Below, one piece after another: positions 46,801 through 61,800 of a stretch of DNA of 64,000 nt; position 1 is the first letter of the stretch, and every line of letters starts with the position of its first letter. The translations under genes were made by a program, and so were the position numbers. This stretch comes from Oculina patagonica (lineage: Eukaryota). The notes under the pieces were generated by a model, which saw only the letters and a program-made list of their open reading frames with translations, had not been told where the DNA came from and searched no databases. Location: contig NC_135771.1 in NCBI RefSeq assembly GCF_052425735.1, forward strand, positions 5,828,001 to 5,892,000. Direction: 5' to 3'.

Positions 46801-49800
46801 TCTACTCCCCCTGGATGGGATGCTAGTCCATCGCAGGGTTACCACAAGCATAAAATAAACTGGTATCCATTTATACAACTGGGTGGGGAGAGGTTATATG
46901 AGAGTGAAGTGTCTTCCCCAAGAACGACCTGGACCGCTCGATTCGGAGTCCAACGCGCTGATCACATAAAAGAACAATTACTTTAAAATAATTTTCTACC
47001 TTTCCTTCTTTTCCTTTGTTAATGTCTGCAAACAGAGTGTGATGGAAGAGACCCATTTTCTGGCTCAGAAGACACGAGGTAAGATGGCACCGTGCATTAC
47101 TCCAGTTTAACAAACGGTGCAGTTGTTTGTCAAAGATGAGATTTAAATCTGCAGCCAAGTTGTATGTGAATGCTATCACCTAGCAAGAAGACACACAAAC
47201 GGAAATAAGAAATAATAGTAACACAATTGCAAACTGCGAGCAGTCTCCTACTTTCCCTCATAGATCGCCGAGCGTGAATGGGTAAAAACAAAAAGCAGGC
47301 GGGAAATATGGGACTTCTTGTAGTATGAAATTCAAGCACGCTTCGTTTTCACCGTGCGAAGGAAGGCGTTTGTGGAAGCCAATTATGCTTAACATTTTAT
47401 ATTTTCATTTGCAAGTTATAAATACATATATGATATATGTTATTTGCCGGCCGGGAGGTCCGTATTGGGAAAAACTGTACCTGAGGTCTTGAGTACGGCC
47501 CGAGGCCGCAGGCCGAGGGCCGTGCTCAAGACCGAGGGTACAGTTTTTCCCAATACGGACCGACCTAGGCCGGCAAACAACGTTTTTATTTTTTTTTACT
47601 TTAATTTGTTTGGAAAAGAAACCAAGGAAAAATGTGTCGCAAAATCTTTGTTTGTGTACGCGCGAATTTGATTTGAGTTGAGTCCGACTTGATCGACGAG
47701 CAAGAATGAAGAATGCTGTTTGCTATTTAATTCCGAATGAAATAGCTTCACTTAAAATGAACCGTACTCAAAAAAGTTTCAGCATATTTAATTTACACTG
47801 CAGAGAATCAAGAAAAGCAAATGAAGTCATAAATAAAGCACAAATATGCCGCAAAACGTAACACATTTAAATCGAATTCAGTCGGCTTCCCAAACAATTC
47901 TCGATAAATTCTCTTGAAAGAATTTTTGCTCACAAGGTGTTAAGGTTATTTCTTTGACTCAAAAATACTCTTTGACTGGAAAGCTGTATTTTAAGCTAAT
48001 CACACTTGTATTTAACAAATTAATAATTTCTGTACTTTTCCCAGCAGAATTTTATTCTGATAAACAGTGTCATACTGAATAAAATGCGTAGTGTCTACGT
48101 ACGGCACAATATTGTGATAATTAATTTGTCCGTTTTTAATCAAAGAATCTCATTTCCTTGAATGATGGCAAATAGTGTTCAGCTTTAGCAAAACTTGACA
48201 GATAAACAAGGCAGTTTAACTCATAGATAGAGCCTAAAAACCGCGGTGAAGGTTACCGCAATGGCGTGAAAATCATTGCAAAATGCACAAACAACGCGAC
48301 GGCAAACTACGAACGGTAAACTACAACTCGATTTTGTTGAGAAAGAAATAAATACTCGCCTTTTGAAGAACTTCGAGGCCTTTAATTCCACTGCTTTTTA
48401 GTCCTTTCAAATTTACAACGGTTGGTAAACTCGAGTAAACAGCTATTTCGATTTTGGAGAGCAAAACTTTCATGTGTTCGCACACTGATTTCGCGCGGAA
48501 CTGAATCCCGTTCCGTTGACCGCGGTCAAGATCGGAAAATTCCGCCCGCTCCCGGAACCAATCAGATTGCAGGATTCGGTTCATCTTGCCCGCTCGCGCG
48601 CTGAGAAAAAAATAATTTGGGATATTCTGTTCGCCAAAGCCAAGAAACGGCGTTACTGAACATCATACTGATATGGAAAAACCTCATTTGCATTGACTCT
48701 CAATTCACATACCCGACTACAAAAACTAGTTTCGTCAAAAAGACCTCGTCAGTTGGCAGCCATATACTGTCAAACTAGTTTTGTAGTCGCGTATGTGAAT
48801 GTGTGTTAAATGGAAATGGTTTTTTTGCCATATCAGTATGATCTTATAAATACTATCTAATCTCTCTTGTTTTGTAGGCCTAACCTGTAGGTCAGTAGTA
48901 TTGTTGTAAGAGCCAACTAGACAATTCAAATGCGAGACCAACATAACTCCCCTTCATCATTAGAAGATAATTAATTGTTGCCTTGGTTCAATTTTTATCG
49001 GAACTTACATCTTTATCCATTATGGTCACCAGGAGGAATTTCTGTCTGGGGACCCCACCTACTGACAGGCTGGAAAGAGATACATTATCAGGCGGCATTC
49101 GTCCTGGGACTGGTGCATTCGGGTCCAGTGGCTTAAAACGCTGAAGACCTGTACGAACTACAATGAAGAAAACAACAGCAGCATCAAGGATCAAGAGAAA
49201 CACAGACAGACAAACGGACACACCGACAGGCAGCTAGACAGACTGACTGACAGACAGACAGACAGACAGACAGGTAGGCAGGCAGAGAGGCAGACGGACA
49301 GACAGACAGATAGACTGACTGACAGACAGACAGACTGACTGACAGACAGACAGACAGACAGGTAGGCAGGCAGATAGGCAGACAGACAAACAGAAAGACA
49401 GGGAGGCCGATAGGCATACAGACAGACAGGCTTACAGACAGACAAGCAGGCAGGCAGACGGAGGAACGGAGGGAAGGATGGACGGATGGACAGAAAGACA
49501 GGTAGGGAGGTAGAAAGGCAAGCAGAAAGGCAGGGAGAAAGATAGACGGACGGGCAGACGGACAAACGGATAGACAGAAAGACAAATAGATGGGGAGGGG
49601 GGCATTTTTATACACCTTTAAACCAATATCTACTTCTGAAGTGGTCACAACAAGCGTGTTCAAAGGCTACAGATAAGAGACTTACTTCTAGGACGGCCCA
49701 ATGCATCTTCATGGGACAAATCTGCAAACAAAAGCAGTCCAAACATGAGATAAATACGTTAGGTTACGCCAGGTCGTGTCACGCTTGTTTTGCCTCGCAT

Positions 49801-52800
49801 GTTGTGTGACAAATGAAGTAACGGATGCGAAAGGTATAAAAAAAAATTGTTATCATTTTGTCAAGTTCGTACCTTCTTCCATCCCCAGGCTCGCTCGCCA
49901 TTGGTCCACATTTCGACCGACCACAACAAAGAAGTGTGACGAGTTTGGGAGGGCTGTGAACGACTTGCCAGATTTGTCTGCAGACGATTCATCCGTGTCT
50001 TGTACCTGACAGGAAAAAACACCAGAGTAGAAAAATATAAACTTTAATGAATGAACTCAACTTTAACAGTTTATCAGTTCAATCAGTTCCAAAAAATATG
50101 TATGATTTTAAATTCTAAATATTGATTAAATTATTTATATAACCGCTTATTTTAATTTATATCGCAATCTCGTTGTTTAGATAGTGAGTTATATTGTAAC
50201 TTAGTTACCTTGTATTTCTATTATTCCATTCTATGAAACCCTTACTAGCGTACAAGCATGNNNNNNNNNNNNNNNNNNNNNNNNNNNNNNNNNNNNNNNN
50301 NNNNNNNNNNNNNNNNNNNNNNNNNNNNNNNNNNNNNNNNNNNNNNNNNNNNNNNNNNNNNNNNNNNNNNNNNNNNNNNNNNNNNNNNNNNNNNNNNNNN
50401 NNNNNNNNNNNNNNNNNNNNNNNNNNNNNNNNNNNNNNNNNNNNNNNNNNNNNNNNNNNNNNNNNNNNNNNNNNNNNNNNNNNNNNNNNNNNNNNNNNNN
50501 NNNNNNNNNNNNNNNNNNNNNNNNNNNNNNNNNNNNNNNNNNNNNNNNNNNNNNNNNNNNNNNNNNNNNNNNNNNNNNNNNNNNNNNNNNNNNNNNNNNN
50601 NNNNNNNNNNNNNNNNNNNNNNNNNGACTGACCTTCAATGGTTGTCGAGCTGGATAATAATGCAGACAATGTGTTTCTTGTTGATCAGCACTTTCCTCCC
50701 CATTAGTGGAATCTCTGTTGGTAGAAAACAAGAATAAAATTCAATCCAGGCATAGATTTCCTCTCTTTATTTATTAGGCTCCACAAGTTTATTTACACTT
50801 CAGTAATTTATCAAGGATAAAGTTACTTTAATTTCAAGGGTCCTTGCAGTAACTAAGTGTGCTACGTTTGCACACAAGAAAAATACTTGCTTCATTATTA
50901 TACGTTAAATCAGCCACCGTGTTAGACTACAACTGACGTTCAGTGGAAACAACCACAGAATTCTGATAACAAACGGCAACGCACGTAGACGCAAGTTGAA
51001 AACTTGCGTCCACTTGCGTCTCCGTTTGGCCAGGACTTGCGTGCACTTGCGTTGACTTGTGTTCACTTTGCTTGAGATCAAATTTAGCACTGTTTGGCAA
51101 CACATCGAAAGGCAACGTATTTTTTGCAGTTTACTTCAAATACTGAGATGCACCTCGTAGCATTTTAAATGACTGTTTGCAAACATGATTGCACTTGCAA
51201 CTAAACTTGCGTGTCCGTTTGGCCAGCCAACGCAAGTCTGTACGCAAGTTGAACTTGCGACTACTTGCGTCCACTTGCATTACCGTTTGGCCAACGCTTT
51301 ACTTAGCTTTTTCTCAGCCTTCCCCACTTGAGAAACGTTCAAGATTTCACCCCAAAATCTCCCTACTGATGACGCAACTGTACAGAGATCCGTGTAGCCT
51401 CTCTGATTGGCTGTTACTTTCGTGCGAAAAATTCAAAACCAAGCAACAACCAATCACAGACGATGCATGATCTCTGTTTATCTACGTCATCAGCACGGAA
51501 TTTCTCAAGTGTTGATGTCTTTTCCACAGAGATAGAATTGTCTGTTTAACTTGATATACTTACAAAGGGGCTTCGCGGTAAATTTTCGGTTTCATGTCAG
51601 GACACAGGGATGAGATGAGATTTGATAGCTCAGCCAAGAACGCGTCTGACGCAAAGTTGTTGATTAGCTTTCCCTCCATGCAGTACACTGATGGAACTCT
51701 GAGATCGCAGAAGTAGGAAAACATGTCTTGACCTAAACCTTGAAGACTAAAATGAAGAAGATATGAAAAATTAGATGTCAAGCTTCGATATCAAATGTAA
51801 AATAAAAATGTAAAATATGTACAATGTAAATGTAAAATAAAGTTAAAAACAAGACTCAGTACAATACAACAAAAACAGGCTTAACAACCTTGGATGAAGT
51901 TCCCCGCGTTCTCCATTCTCAAACTGTATTCGTCTTCGTCTCTTGTCCTGTTCTTTCCTGCGTCTACCCTCAATATCCTGCCATGTGCCTTGTCCATTAC
52001 TCGGCTGCCCAACACTCAACGAATCCACACCGTTGAACGAAGAGGCCTTGGAGCCGCCTATAGAAGCCGCAGAAGACAAACTTGAAGGCTTTTCTCGCTC
52101 GGAAAGCTGCTCTTCTTTCTTGGGAATGAAAATCGTCATGTTTTCCGAGACAGGCGTTCCTGGCTGCGACGTGAATTCTTGAGATTCTTGTATTTCAGCT
52201 GCGGTGAAACTCTCAAATGTTTGTTCCACATCAGATGATTGGTCTCCCTTGTCCTGCTTCTTCAGTTTGTCAGTTGTTTTTGCTTTGGCCTTTGATGGTG
52301 TGTCATCGCGTGCTTTCAACTCTTCAAGAAAGAAAAAACCTAGTTAATATATAACACCCATATCCAAGATCAAGTCTTTTTAGTTTGTACTAGCTCAACA
52401 GCTGTTTATTGGGTTACCAAGTAATAGAACCGTCGCGTGACGATCTTAACTATCGCCTGTGAAAGAGACCACTTAGGACACGTTACCAGTATATGAGAAA
52501 ACGCACGAGGTACTTTTAGATGTGCAAACTATATAAAACTTAGTAAAAACGTATCTTTTAGCAATTTTGAGAAATCATTAGTATACTTAAATGCAAATAT
52601 TAGGTTCCACTTTCCTTCGACTGTAGTTTTGTTAACTAGAACTTATGTGTTAAGGGGACTATGTAACGGGGATTTCGCAGTTTTTTGGTCCAAAATGTTC
52701 TTAAATAAGTGGTAGGCAAATTTACCCATGAAAAACACTGTCTTTGAACATGTAACGGAAGATATAACCCTTATTTGGGGATAGAAATCAAACTTTGGCT

Positions 52801-55800
52801 ATAAATATCGATATTTTTCGAAGGTGCGCGGAAACAACTTGAAAACGTTGGCTAACGCTGTTAAATTGCAATCCATTTCCATCCGAGCCATCCGCAGCCA
52901 AACGCGCTTTAAACAGTTTTAGTGCTCTAAAATAGCAATTGTAAATAAAAATGGACCATTATTTCTAGGTTTCCTACGACACAAATATAAATTTGGGCTG
53001 TAAAAAAATCTGTTAAAATCCGTGACATGGTCCCTTTAAGCCCTTTTAAGATTAATTGTACTTTTACTAAAATCATCATCGCCATTATTATAACACACCT
53101 TCTGGAGGTAATGTTGAGGATGACTCTCTGATTTCTTGAGCGTCTAATTTGCTTCCTTCATATGACATTTCCATTGCTTCTACACCAGGCGAGACAGCCT
53201 CTGTTTGAAATACTTCATCTTCCACAGTACTTTGTCTCGAAACCGGATAAAGAGAAGAAACACTCTGCCGTTGGGAGAGGAACGGATTGTGTTGAGTCCT
53301 TCCTGGTGCCCCTGTGGACCCTGATGAAAGAGCGCTAATGTGGCTCCCTGCGGAAGGGGATCGTCGTTGCCCTGCAAATGAGGACCTCCTACTGCGAAAC
53401 CCAGATTGACTGCCAAAGTCTAGTTGTCGCTTGGAGGACTTTTCTGATGTCTCAGGGAGGGATCCCAGTTTAGGGCCTTTTGGTGTTAGGGTTATTGGCG
53501 AAGGGGGCTCAGAAGAGGATCGTGGACGTGTAATCAAGGACCTCCAGTACATCTTGGGTACTTTCGATAATGGGGCTGCCAAGAGGTAGTACTCTGTTAG
53601 GAGGTCGCACAGAGCATGCCTCAGAGCGAGCTTCAGCTGGCCAGCGAGTTGGTCAAGCCCGATGTCACCACGTTCCCAGACTGCAAACTGCACCATGATA
53701 TCGTCATCAGCTGGAAAGCAACAAGACAGAATTTAAATGGACTTTGTCATAGTTGCGTTCAGCTTTATTTTACTTAAGTTTTGCGAAATATTCGTTCTAG
53801 TGAAATTTAATATTTGCAGAGAAATCATTTCTACAGATCTAAAGGCCAAAACCATAGCTTTCATTAGCAATCAAATGAATGTCTCCCGGGCGTAAGAATT
53901 TAAAGTAACAGGCAAACGAAGGAAACTGTTCAACTCCAACGATATTTCAAAAACCCATATCGAAACTCCGTTTCAATCTTACGTCGCTTTTGAACATCCG
54001 TACCTTCTTTTGGTATATATGTTCAATCTTCACTGTTCTACGAGGTTATTATTTGTATTTCAACGAATTTGATATTATTTTCTACCTTAAACTACTTTTG
54101 TCTGTGTCCCTGTATTCGGGCCTATCAATAGCAGGAACATTCACGAATAATTCCCAACGTGACTATGCCAGTCTGGTGCCATACTCACAGCTGTCAAACG
54201 CAATAATTGACGTCACCTCCGGTTTTCGGCGCCTCGAACTTTCTAAGAACTTGACTCGAAAGTGTGCAACCAAGATTTTGAAGGAAACGTTACCGAAAAA
54301 TCCAAACGGTGAAAGAAAATTGCAAGTTGGGAAACTCAGTGAGAGACCAAGTTATCAAGAAATTTCCAATGCATAAGCTGCGTATAAACCTCAACTTTCC
54401 AGGGACGACGTTAACTTTTGGCTTTTGGCTTTATTTCTTCTAGATCAAATTATAATTTATTACCTAGCTGATGTTCATCTGTGTACAAGAACACTTCAGT
54501 CAACGGCTCAAAGTAGTCCAGTTCACCAACATACACAGACGCTGTCTTGCCACACGGAATGTAAATATATCCACCACGTGAGTTAAGAACAGATACGGAA
54601 ATGCAGGCCAGACCTGGAAATACAACAAAGGACAAGCGACTGATCAGTTAGGCTACCACTAAACAGCAAGTAGGAAAAATACTTAACTGCATTATCCTGT
54701 TAGTTAATGATCCAGCTGGGTATTATTAAAGCATTTTTCCCCATTCACAGCAACTAACATGTTTTTAAAAGTAAATTAAGATTTTTTTTTTTAAAAAAAA
54801 AAAGAAGAAATCAGATACAGAACTGAAAGCTTAAATTCTTCACAGGATTAGAACAAGCGCCAGCTGCAGTAACTTTACGTGTGAAATAATCTGAGACCAC
54901 TTTAAATTAAACAGCTGAGCAGGTTTAAAACGTGGTTGACATGTTAAACGTCAACACTAAACATGTTTAGTGTGAACGACGTTATACGATATCAATAATT
55001 GCCGAGATTAAAAAACCCAAAACCTCTACATGACTACACGCCTCCGAAATATACCCTGAACGGTCCCCAGAATTGTGTATGCACCTCAGATTCCTAGAAT
55101 TGTCAGTTTGTAGACTCCAACCTTAATCCACTTAACCTTCCAATTTTGTGTGCCCACTCAAGACCCGCTTCTGGTCTGCTTATATGCCCCATCCACTGCA
55201 AGACTCTACATTTTTCATTATGGATATCCGAATACCTTTTCCTCCCGAAGAATGTGGCCTGTTATACAAGTAAATCTCCGGTTCCAGCCTACAGCTTTCA
55301 CCGCTAGCACTACCAGTAGCTTCCATCTTGCTTCCACTCACAGCTTTAAAATGATGACTAGGGTCAGAGTCCATGTATCTTGGAGAGAACAGGAGCTGCA
55401 ACAAGTTTTGACGCAAGTAAAACGCCAACGGACACAGAAAATTCACGTCCATGGGCGGGATAATCAACGTTAGAGTTGTCTTGGGTGCTTGTCCTTGGGG
55501 TTGTATGAACTGTGAAGATAAAAAAAAGTTGAAAGAACCGTCATATTAATGTGTGAAACTATATTGGACAAATAGCAGGCGAAAAGAGCTTGATATATTT
55601 TCTGTACTATATACGATATAGTCAAGTTACCCGGAATTTTCAATTAATAAAACGCAAGAAGTTTGTGAACATTTTTGTTTTTTGCTCTACTCTCGTAGCA
55701 ACTCTCGGAAAGCCCGTATAAATTCATTGTTATGCTTTGAAGTCGGTGCTTCTGTTCTATCAAACACTGTATTTGCAATCGCTTTTGCATGTTGGAAGCT

Positions 55801-58800
55801 GTCGTAGGCGACCAACTTTTTCCTTTTCAATGCGTACCAGTCGCTTAAAGATTTCATTTTCGTAAGCAGCCAGCTCTAATTACGACCAATTTAATTTTTC
55901 CAAAGCCCTAAGGTGGACGCTTTGAAGAGCTCCGACTGTAGATAAGTTATCTATTTTGCCATCCATTTATATTGCAGCAGTCCAGCTAAAAAACTCAAAA
56001 GTAATAAGCAATCAAACAAACTGAGTATAATCGATAACGCGTCATAACACTCACCCGCACATCAGTGTAAGTCAGTTTACAGTTTGGATTTCTGGCGAGA
56101 AGAACAGACAACACTTCTAACATGGCTTCGTTTATTCTGTTTTGCAAAACCTCAACCAGTTCCACTGTGATCTCAGGACCGGGATCATCCACGCCGTATA
56201 CATGAAGTGCAATGCTCTTGTCTATCACGGGTTGCACCGAATGAATGCTTCGTCCGCTCTCACTGATCGTGTCTCGTTCAAGAGCTGGAACATGCTTCTT
56301 TAATTTCGATTCCTGTGGAAAAAAGGACGGTTTCCGACATAAAGAGTGAATTTCTGCCTATAGCTCTCGCCGTATGAAGGCATTACTCAATCGCTTTCAG
56401 ACTCAAAAGTTTGAACGCCTTGTACAGCATAAAACAGTACCACATGAAATACTACACGATAGCTTTCATTTAAATGATCACACATTAGGGTTTTATCCAC
56501 AGACTTAAAAGTGAAAGCCATCTTGTATAGCATACTAAACAGTACCACAAGAAAGTACTGCTCAGTAGCTTTCATTTGCAGGTTCACAAACTGGGGTTTT
56601 ATCCACAGACTTAAAACAGGGCCCCGTATACTTTTTACGTGAAGCGCGATTAAAGAAATTTTATTTGCCGTGAATCGTGATTTCGGTTTTTATTTCTCGT
56701 GATTCGTGATTCCCAATTTTAAGATCTTTTCACGTGCGCGTGAACGCAATTTTTAGCTTAAACGTGACCCGTGAACGAAGATTTAAATTAGACGTAAATC
56801 GTGAATCATCTTCTTTTTCGTGACTATATTTCTGATTTTTTAGGTAGTTCTAGTAAACGTACGACTTTGTTTTAGCTCTGTGGTTGGGTTTAAAACAGAT
56901 GAAACTTTTGTCAGCTATTTTGCCGCCTGCGTGATCTTGACAGACACAATATCCTGTCTTACACCTTCAGCGCGTAACAGTCTAAACAGGGATCGCCATG
57001 ATTTTTGCGTGAACGTGAAAACATTTTTAGAATTATTCGTGACGCGTGAAAAAGCCAAATATTCTTACTTGGTTTCATTTTGCAAAGAGATATAAGGGGA
57101 CACAGTTAAAGGAAAGAAAACTCTTTGTAACGATAGCGCGGTACAGAAACAGGACAACTTACAATGACTTCCTCATCCAGCTCGCCTGTCCCTCCTTTCA
57201 CTAAAGACCATTGTGAAGACGTTGGTGAACCAGCCAGTGACGCAACTGAGGACATCCCAGAGCGGACCTCATCATCGTCATCATCTGGAGCACGGAGCTC
57301 AGATGGAAACTGATTTGAAGAGTCACTGGAACACAGAGACTCAAACAACCTGAAAGATTAAAAAGCGCAGTGTTTTCAGAGACGTCGAGATATTATTGAG
57401 TTTATCTTTGTTCAGAGAACAAAACCATCATACATATTTTTGATGGATCGATCTGACTATGGGTGAAACGATCTGATCATGGACAGATCTGACTATAGTT
57501 CTATTTAGGAGGAGGTGCAAAGTTCACCTTTAAATGTCAAAAACGTTTTACTAGCGTGCAAAGCAAACGGGTGAAATTTTCTTTTCGCCTCAAGAGAACA
57601 ACTTCCAGGGCCGTACCTTGCAAGACTGAGGCAACACGAGGCACTTGCCTCGTCTAGATTTACACCAAAACTTAAAAAAAAAATGGTTGGGATAATAATC
57701 CACAGTTGAACGATATTGACTTTTCAGAACAAATATTATGTAAAAATGCTGAAAATAGCGTTTGTGCATCTAGATTTCAAAATTTTCAGGGGGGGCCGGG
57801 ACTGCCGACTGCCGATCGGCGATCTTGCCTCGTCTATGTCAAACGTCTGGTTACGGCCCTGACTTTATATTCGCCTACAAGTGCCATTTTTGGCACATTG
57901 TCGCTGAAGAACACGAAGAGTCACTGGAACAAGCATTCAGAAACTAGAACATTACGTCAGCTTCCCGTCATCAGGGTTTGCCTCTGCACGTTACCTAGCA
58001 ACGACCCTTACAAACATTGCGGGCTCGGTCTCTTCCTAGAGATACAAATATCGCCGAAATGCCTGCAATTCCTAAAGTACTAAGAAGAAATGGCTAACCT
58101 GAAGTAAAAGACAGCTCCAGTTTTGTCTTTATAAACAAACATGTCTTTCCTATTGCTCACACCAAACCTGTCCAGCACACTCTTGATAGCCTTCAGCCCG
58201 CGGGAGATCCCGGTCCGACCCGAAGTGTCAAAGAGCCTCTGGTGCACAGGTAGGTGTGTGTGCCAAACACTGTTGCAGCCAAAATGACCGGGTTGGAAGA
58301 GAAACTGGACTTGAACAAACTTGCTTGTGACACGACCTAGAAAAAAATCAAAGCTTTCCAGGTCAACACAGGCACATCATGCCTGTAAACTAACTATCTC
58401 GAACAGATATGAAGCTAAGTGCATGACCACTATAAACAACCTGACTGAAAGGCGTATCTCTTCGCGTCGTTATTTCCACCTCCCTCCCCCCACCCCCACC
58501 ACTCCCTGATCCATATTATAGTAAATCTTAAACTCGACATTCTAGATTTCTGTTTTTCTTCCCATTCTGATAAACAGAGAGAAAAGCTAATAGCTAAGAG
58601 AATGATGCTTAAAACATAGCCTGCAATGTCTGCAATGTCAGTCGTGCCTTCATCCCTAAAATTAAACTCCGGGGAATTTGGGGGAAGATGAAACGACTTC
58701 TAAGGACAATTCCTTGGCTGTAGACATCCCAGCGAATCTTGACACAAGCATTAAACAAGCCGAAAAAGACTTAGTTACTGCTAGCTTGTGGGTGGTTGAC

Positions 58801-61800
58801 ACAGAACTATGTAAACCACCACCGGGCGGAGGCTAAAACGTATTACCACAAAATGGATTACCCGCAGTTCACGTAGATCGTTCAAAGTGGTGTAATAAAT
58901 GTGGCTATAGGTGTAAACGGATTTTACTAGATTTTTAAACAGCCCAAATTATATTTGGGTCGTAGGAAACTTAAAAATAATGATCCATTTTTATTAGCAA
59001 TTGCTATTTTAGAGCGCTAAAACTGTTTTAAAGCCCGTTTGGCAGCGGATGGCTCGGATGAAAATGGATTGCAATTTGAAAACGTTAGCCAACGTTTTCA
59101 ACTTGTTTCCGCGTGCCTTAAAAATGATCGATAATTATAGCCGAAGTTTGATTTCTATCCCCAAATAAAGGTTATATCTTCCGTTAAATGTTAAAAGACA
59201 ATGTATTTGAATTTTCAAGGGTAAATTTGCCTACCACTTATCTAAGAACAGTTTAGACCAAAAGAACATGAAATTCCCGTGAATGGCCTAATGATCATAC
59301 CTTTGCTATCTCCTTTGCTGATATGAACTCCAAGAGGTGATACTGAGATTTGAACATCCTCGTGCTTCCAGATGTCCTCGTCAGACTCAGGAAACAACAT
59401 CGAGTTACAAATCTTGGTCTCATACAACTCATGTAACAACATACGCTGTGAATAAAAGGAAACAAACACTGCATTGCACTGTACTGCATTGCGCTTCCTC
59501 TCTCAGGACCTGTTTACACGATTCCGGAATGACTTTCGTTCCGGAACAAAACTCGTTCCGGAATGAAGTTCGTTCTGCATCCACATGACAGAGTCGACCG
59601 GCTTAATCTAAGGCGTTTCTCACGTGCGTGGCTTACGCGTGAGATCAAAAACAAAGATGGCGCGGCTTTCGCGCAAACATGTTATTGTGCCCATTAATGG
59701 CCATATCTGCAATTTTAACAAGCAGTTTAACCATAAGGCTGCTTTTCTGGGTTAAACAGGAAATGCTTATGCGTTTTTTCACTCTGAGTTCAAACTGTGG
59801 CCTCTGTATATGGTTTCACGGGATGCGGTTTTATCTCGGAACGAAATTCGTTTTGTGTTTACATGATACCAGAATGAGATGTCATTCCAGATCGAAAATT
59901 TAATTTCGGAATGAAAACCGGAATGAACTCATTCCGGAATGACTTGACTTTCGTCTCGGTATCATGTAAACAGATACAGAGAAATAGAGAAAGGGAATGT
60001 TACACTTGCGAAAACTTTGTCAAAATTGTCACACAATTGATTGCCGAAAACTGTCACGTAAGTCTAACCTTTACTACAAACATTCCTACCTGATTAACAA
60101 TGCGGCATGTTTCATGAATAGCATTCGTGACCATCTCTACCAGACCATTAGCTTTTGTTGCACAAAACGCTTTAGGATCATCTGACTCTCTGGGTTAAAA
60201 AAAATGACAAAAAATGACTGTTAGTAATCATAAAGCTTACAATGGTTTATTACCATAAAGCATGAAAAAAAATTCTTCATGGTACAAAATAAAAAACCGT
60301 TCAACTTGATGTACAAGTGATAACCCAGCGTACTAAAATTTAATTAAAAAGTATCGGCATAACATGCATTTTTCCTGCACATGTGCATATGCTGAACTTG
60401 ACCAATATATGAAAGAACATTTGATCCACATTTCTTAATTTAAACACAGTTTGGCACGAAGGAAAACAAACCTTTTACAAGCTTTGTGTTAAGAGGAACG
60501 CAACTAAGCATAGAAACAACAAAGCTTTTTTATCAGTCCAGTACCGTCTCCTACTTTGGATCTGTTTGATCATAATATTCTTAACAGGGAGTCTTTTTTT
60601 GTTTACAAAATTTGCCTCAATGGCATAAGCGCTTTACTTTCTGATCGAGCTACAAGAATATCAATTCTGAATATTGAAAGTACATGGTACGATTAAATTT
60701 CGCTAAACATTTGAGCCCGATGTATTAAATACTTTTTCTATGACGCAGGTTTATTTGAAAACGTGATATTTTACAAAGGATGTATGGGCTCATTTGCGCT
60801 TTTGCCACCCAGAAATTTTGCGGGTTTTGAACGCTTATATCTCCTTGAATATTGCACACAAAGAGCTGGAAAATGTCGCTGATTATTAAGTTTCACAAGC
60901 TCTATAAATATTCGAGACAGCAGCAAAAATGTAGAAATTTTCAAAAATAATACGACTTTGTTAATTTTCACGAACATGTTTCGACGGTACATCCGTCATC
61001 GTCAGTGTGACGGTTATGAAAGTTAACAGTGATTTAAAACGTGCCTGTTCTGCCTGTTGCAAATCATACGTTACATTGCGTTGAAAAGCAATACGCTAGA
61101 TAAAATTCGAAGTTAACGGAATTAAAAAGAAGCGCGCGCGCGTGCAGCTACACGGAAAGCGTCAAATTGATGTGTTTGACCTGTTGATTAAGGTCCGGCT
61201 TTTTCCACTTGATGTACATAGACTCCTTAAGCTTAACCTGGTACTTAGTAGGCCCAGAGTCTAAGATCTTGAAGCAGTCAAAGTTACAAGAGGTACGGCA
61301 TGACTCTGAAGCCTGCAAATGCTTATAAACGTGAGAGGTTCTGTCCGATGACAAGTGCTCGTGCACGCGCGTGGAGAAATGTCGGCTTGTTTCACCAACG
61401 TAACAAGCATTACAGCTTGAACAAGAAAATTTGTACACGATGCACGTACGGAGCCTGTCAGGGAGAGGATCTTTCACGTTGAACAAGTTCTTAATTTTAA
61501 AAGTAGAATAAACAAATTTGATGTCGATGGGTTTACAGAATCTATCGATTAGCTTGCACACCCTTTGTTGTGCAACACCCGAAAAATGCCCGATGTAGGG
61601 GATCTTGAAATAGTGCTTGGGCAACTCCTGTTGCTCGACACCTGTTGAAGGTCGTTTGTCGTTCCCTACTACTTCTCTCGTGACATAACGGTGGAGTAAC
61701 ATGTCTAATACATGCTCACTGTAAACTTTCATAACCGTCACACTGACGATGACGGATGTACCGTCGAAACATGTTTGTGAAAATTAAAAAAGTCGTATTA

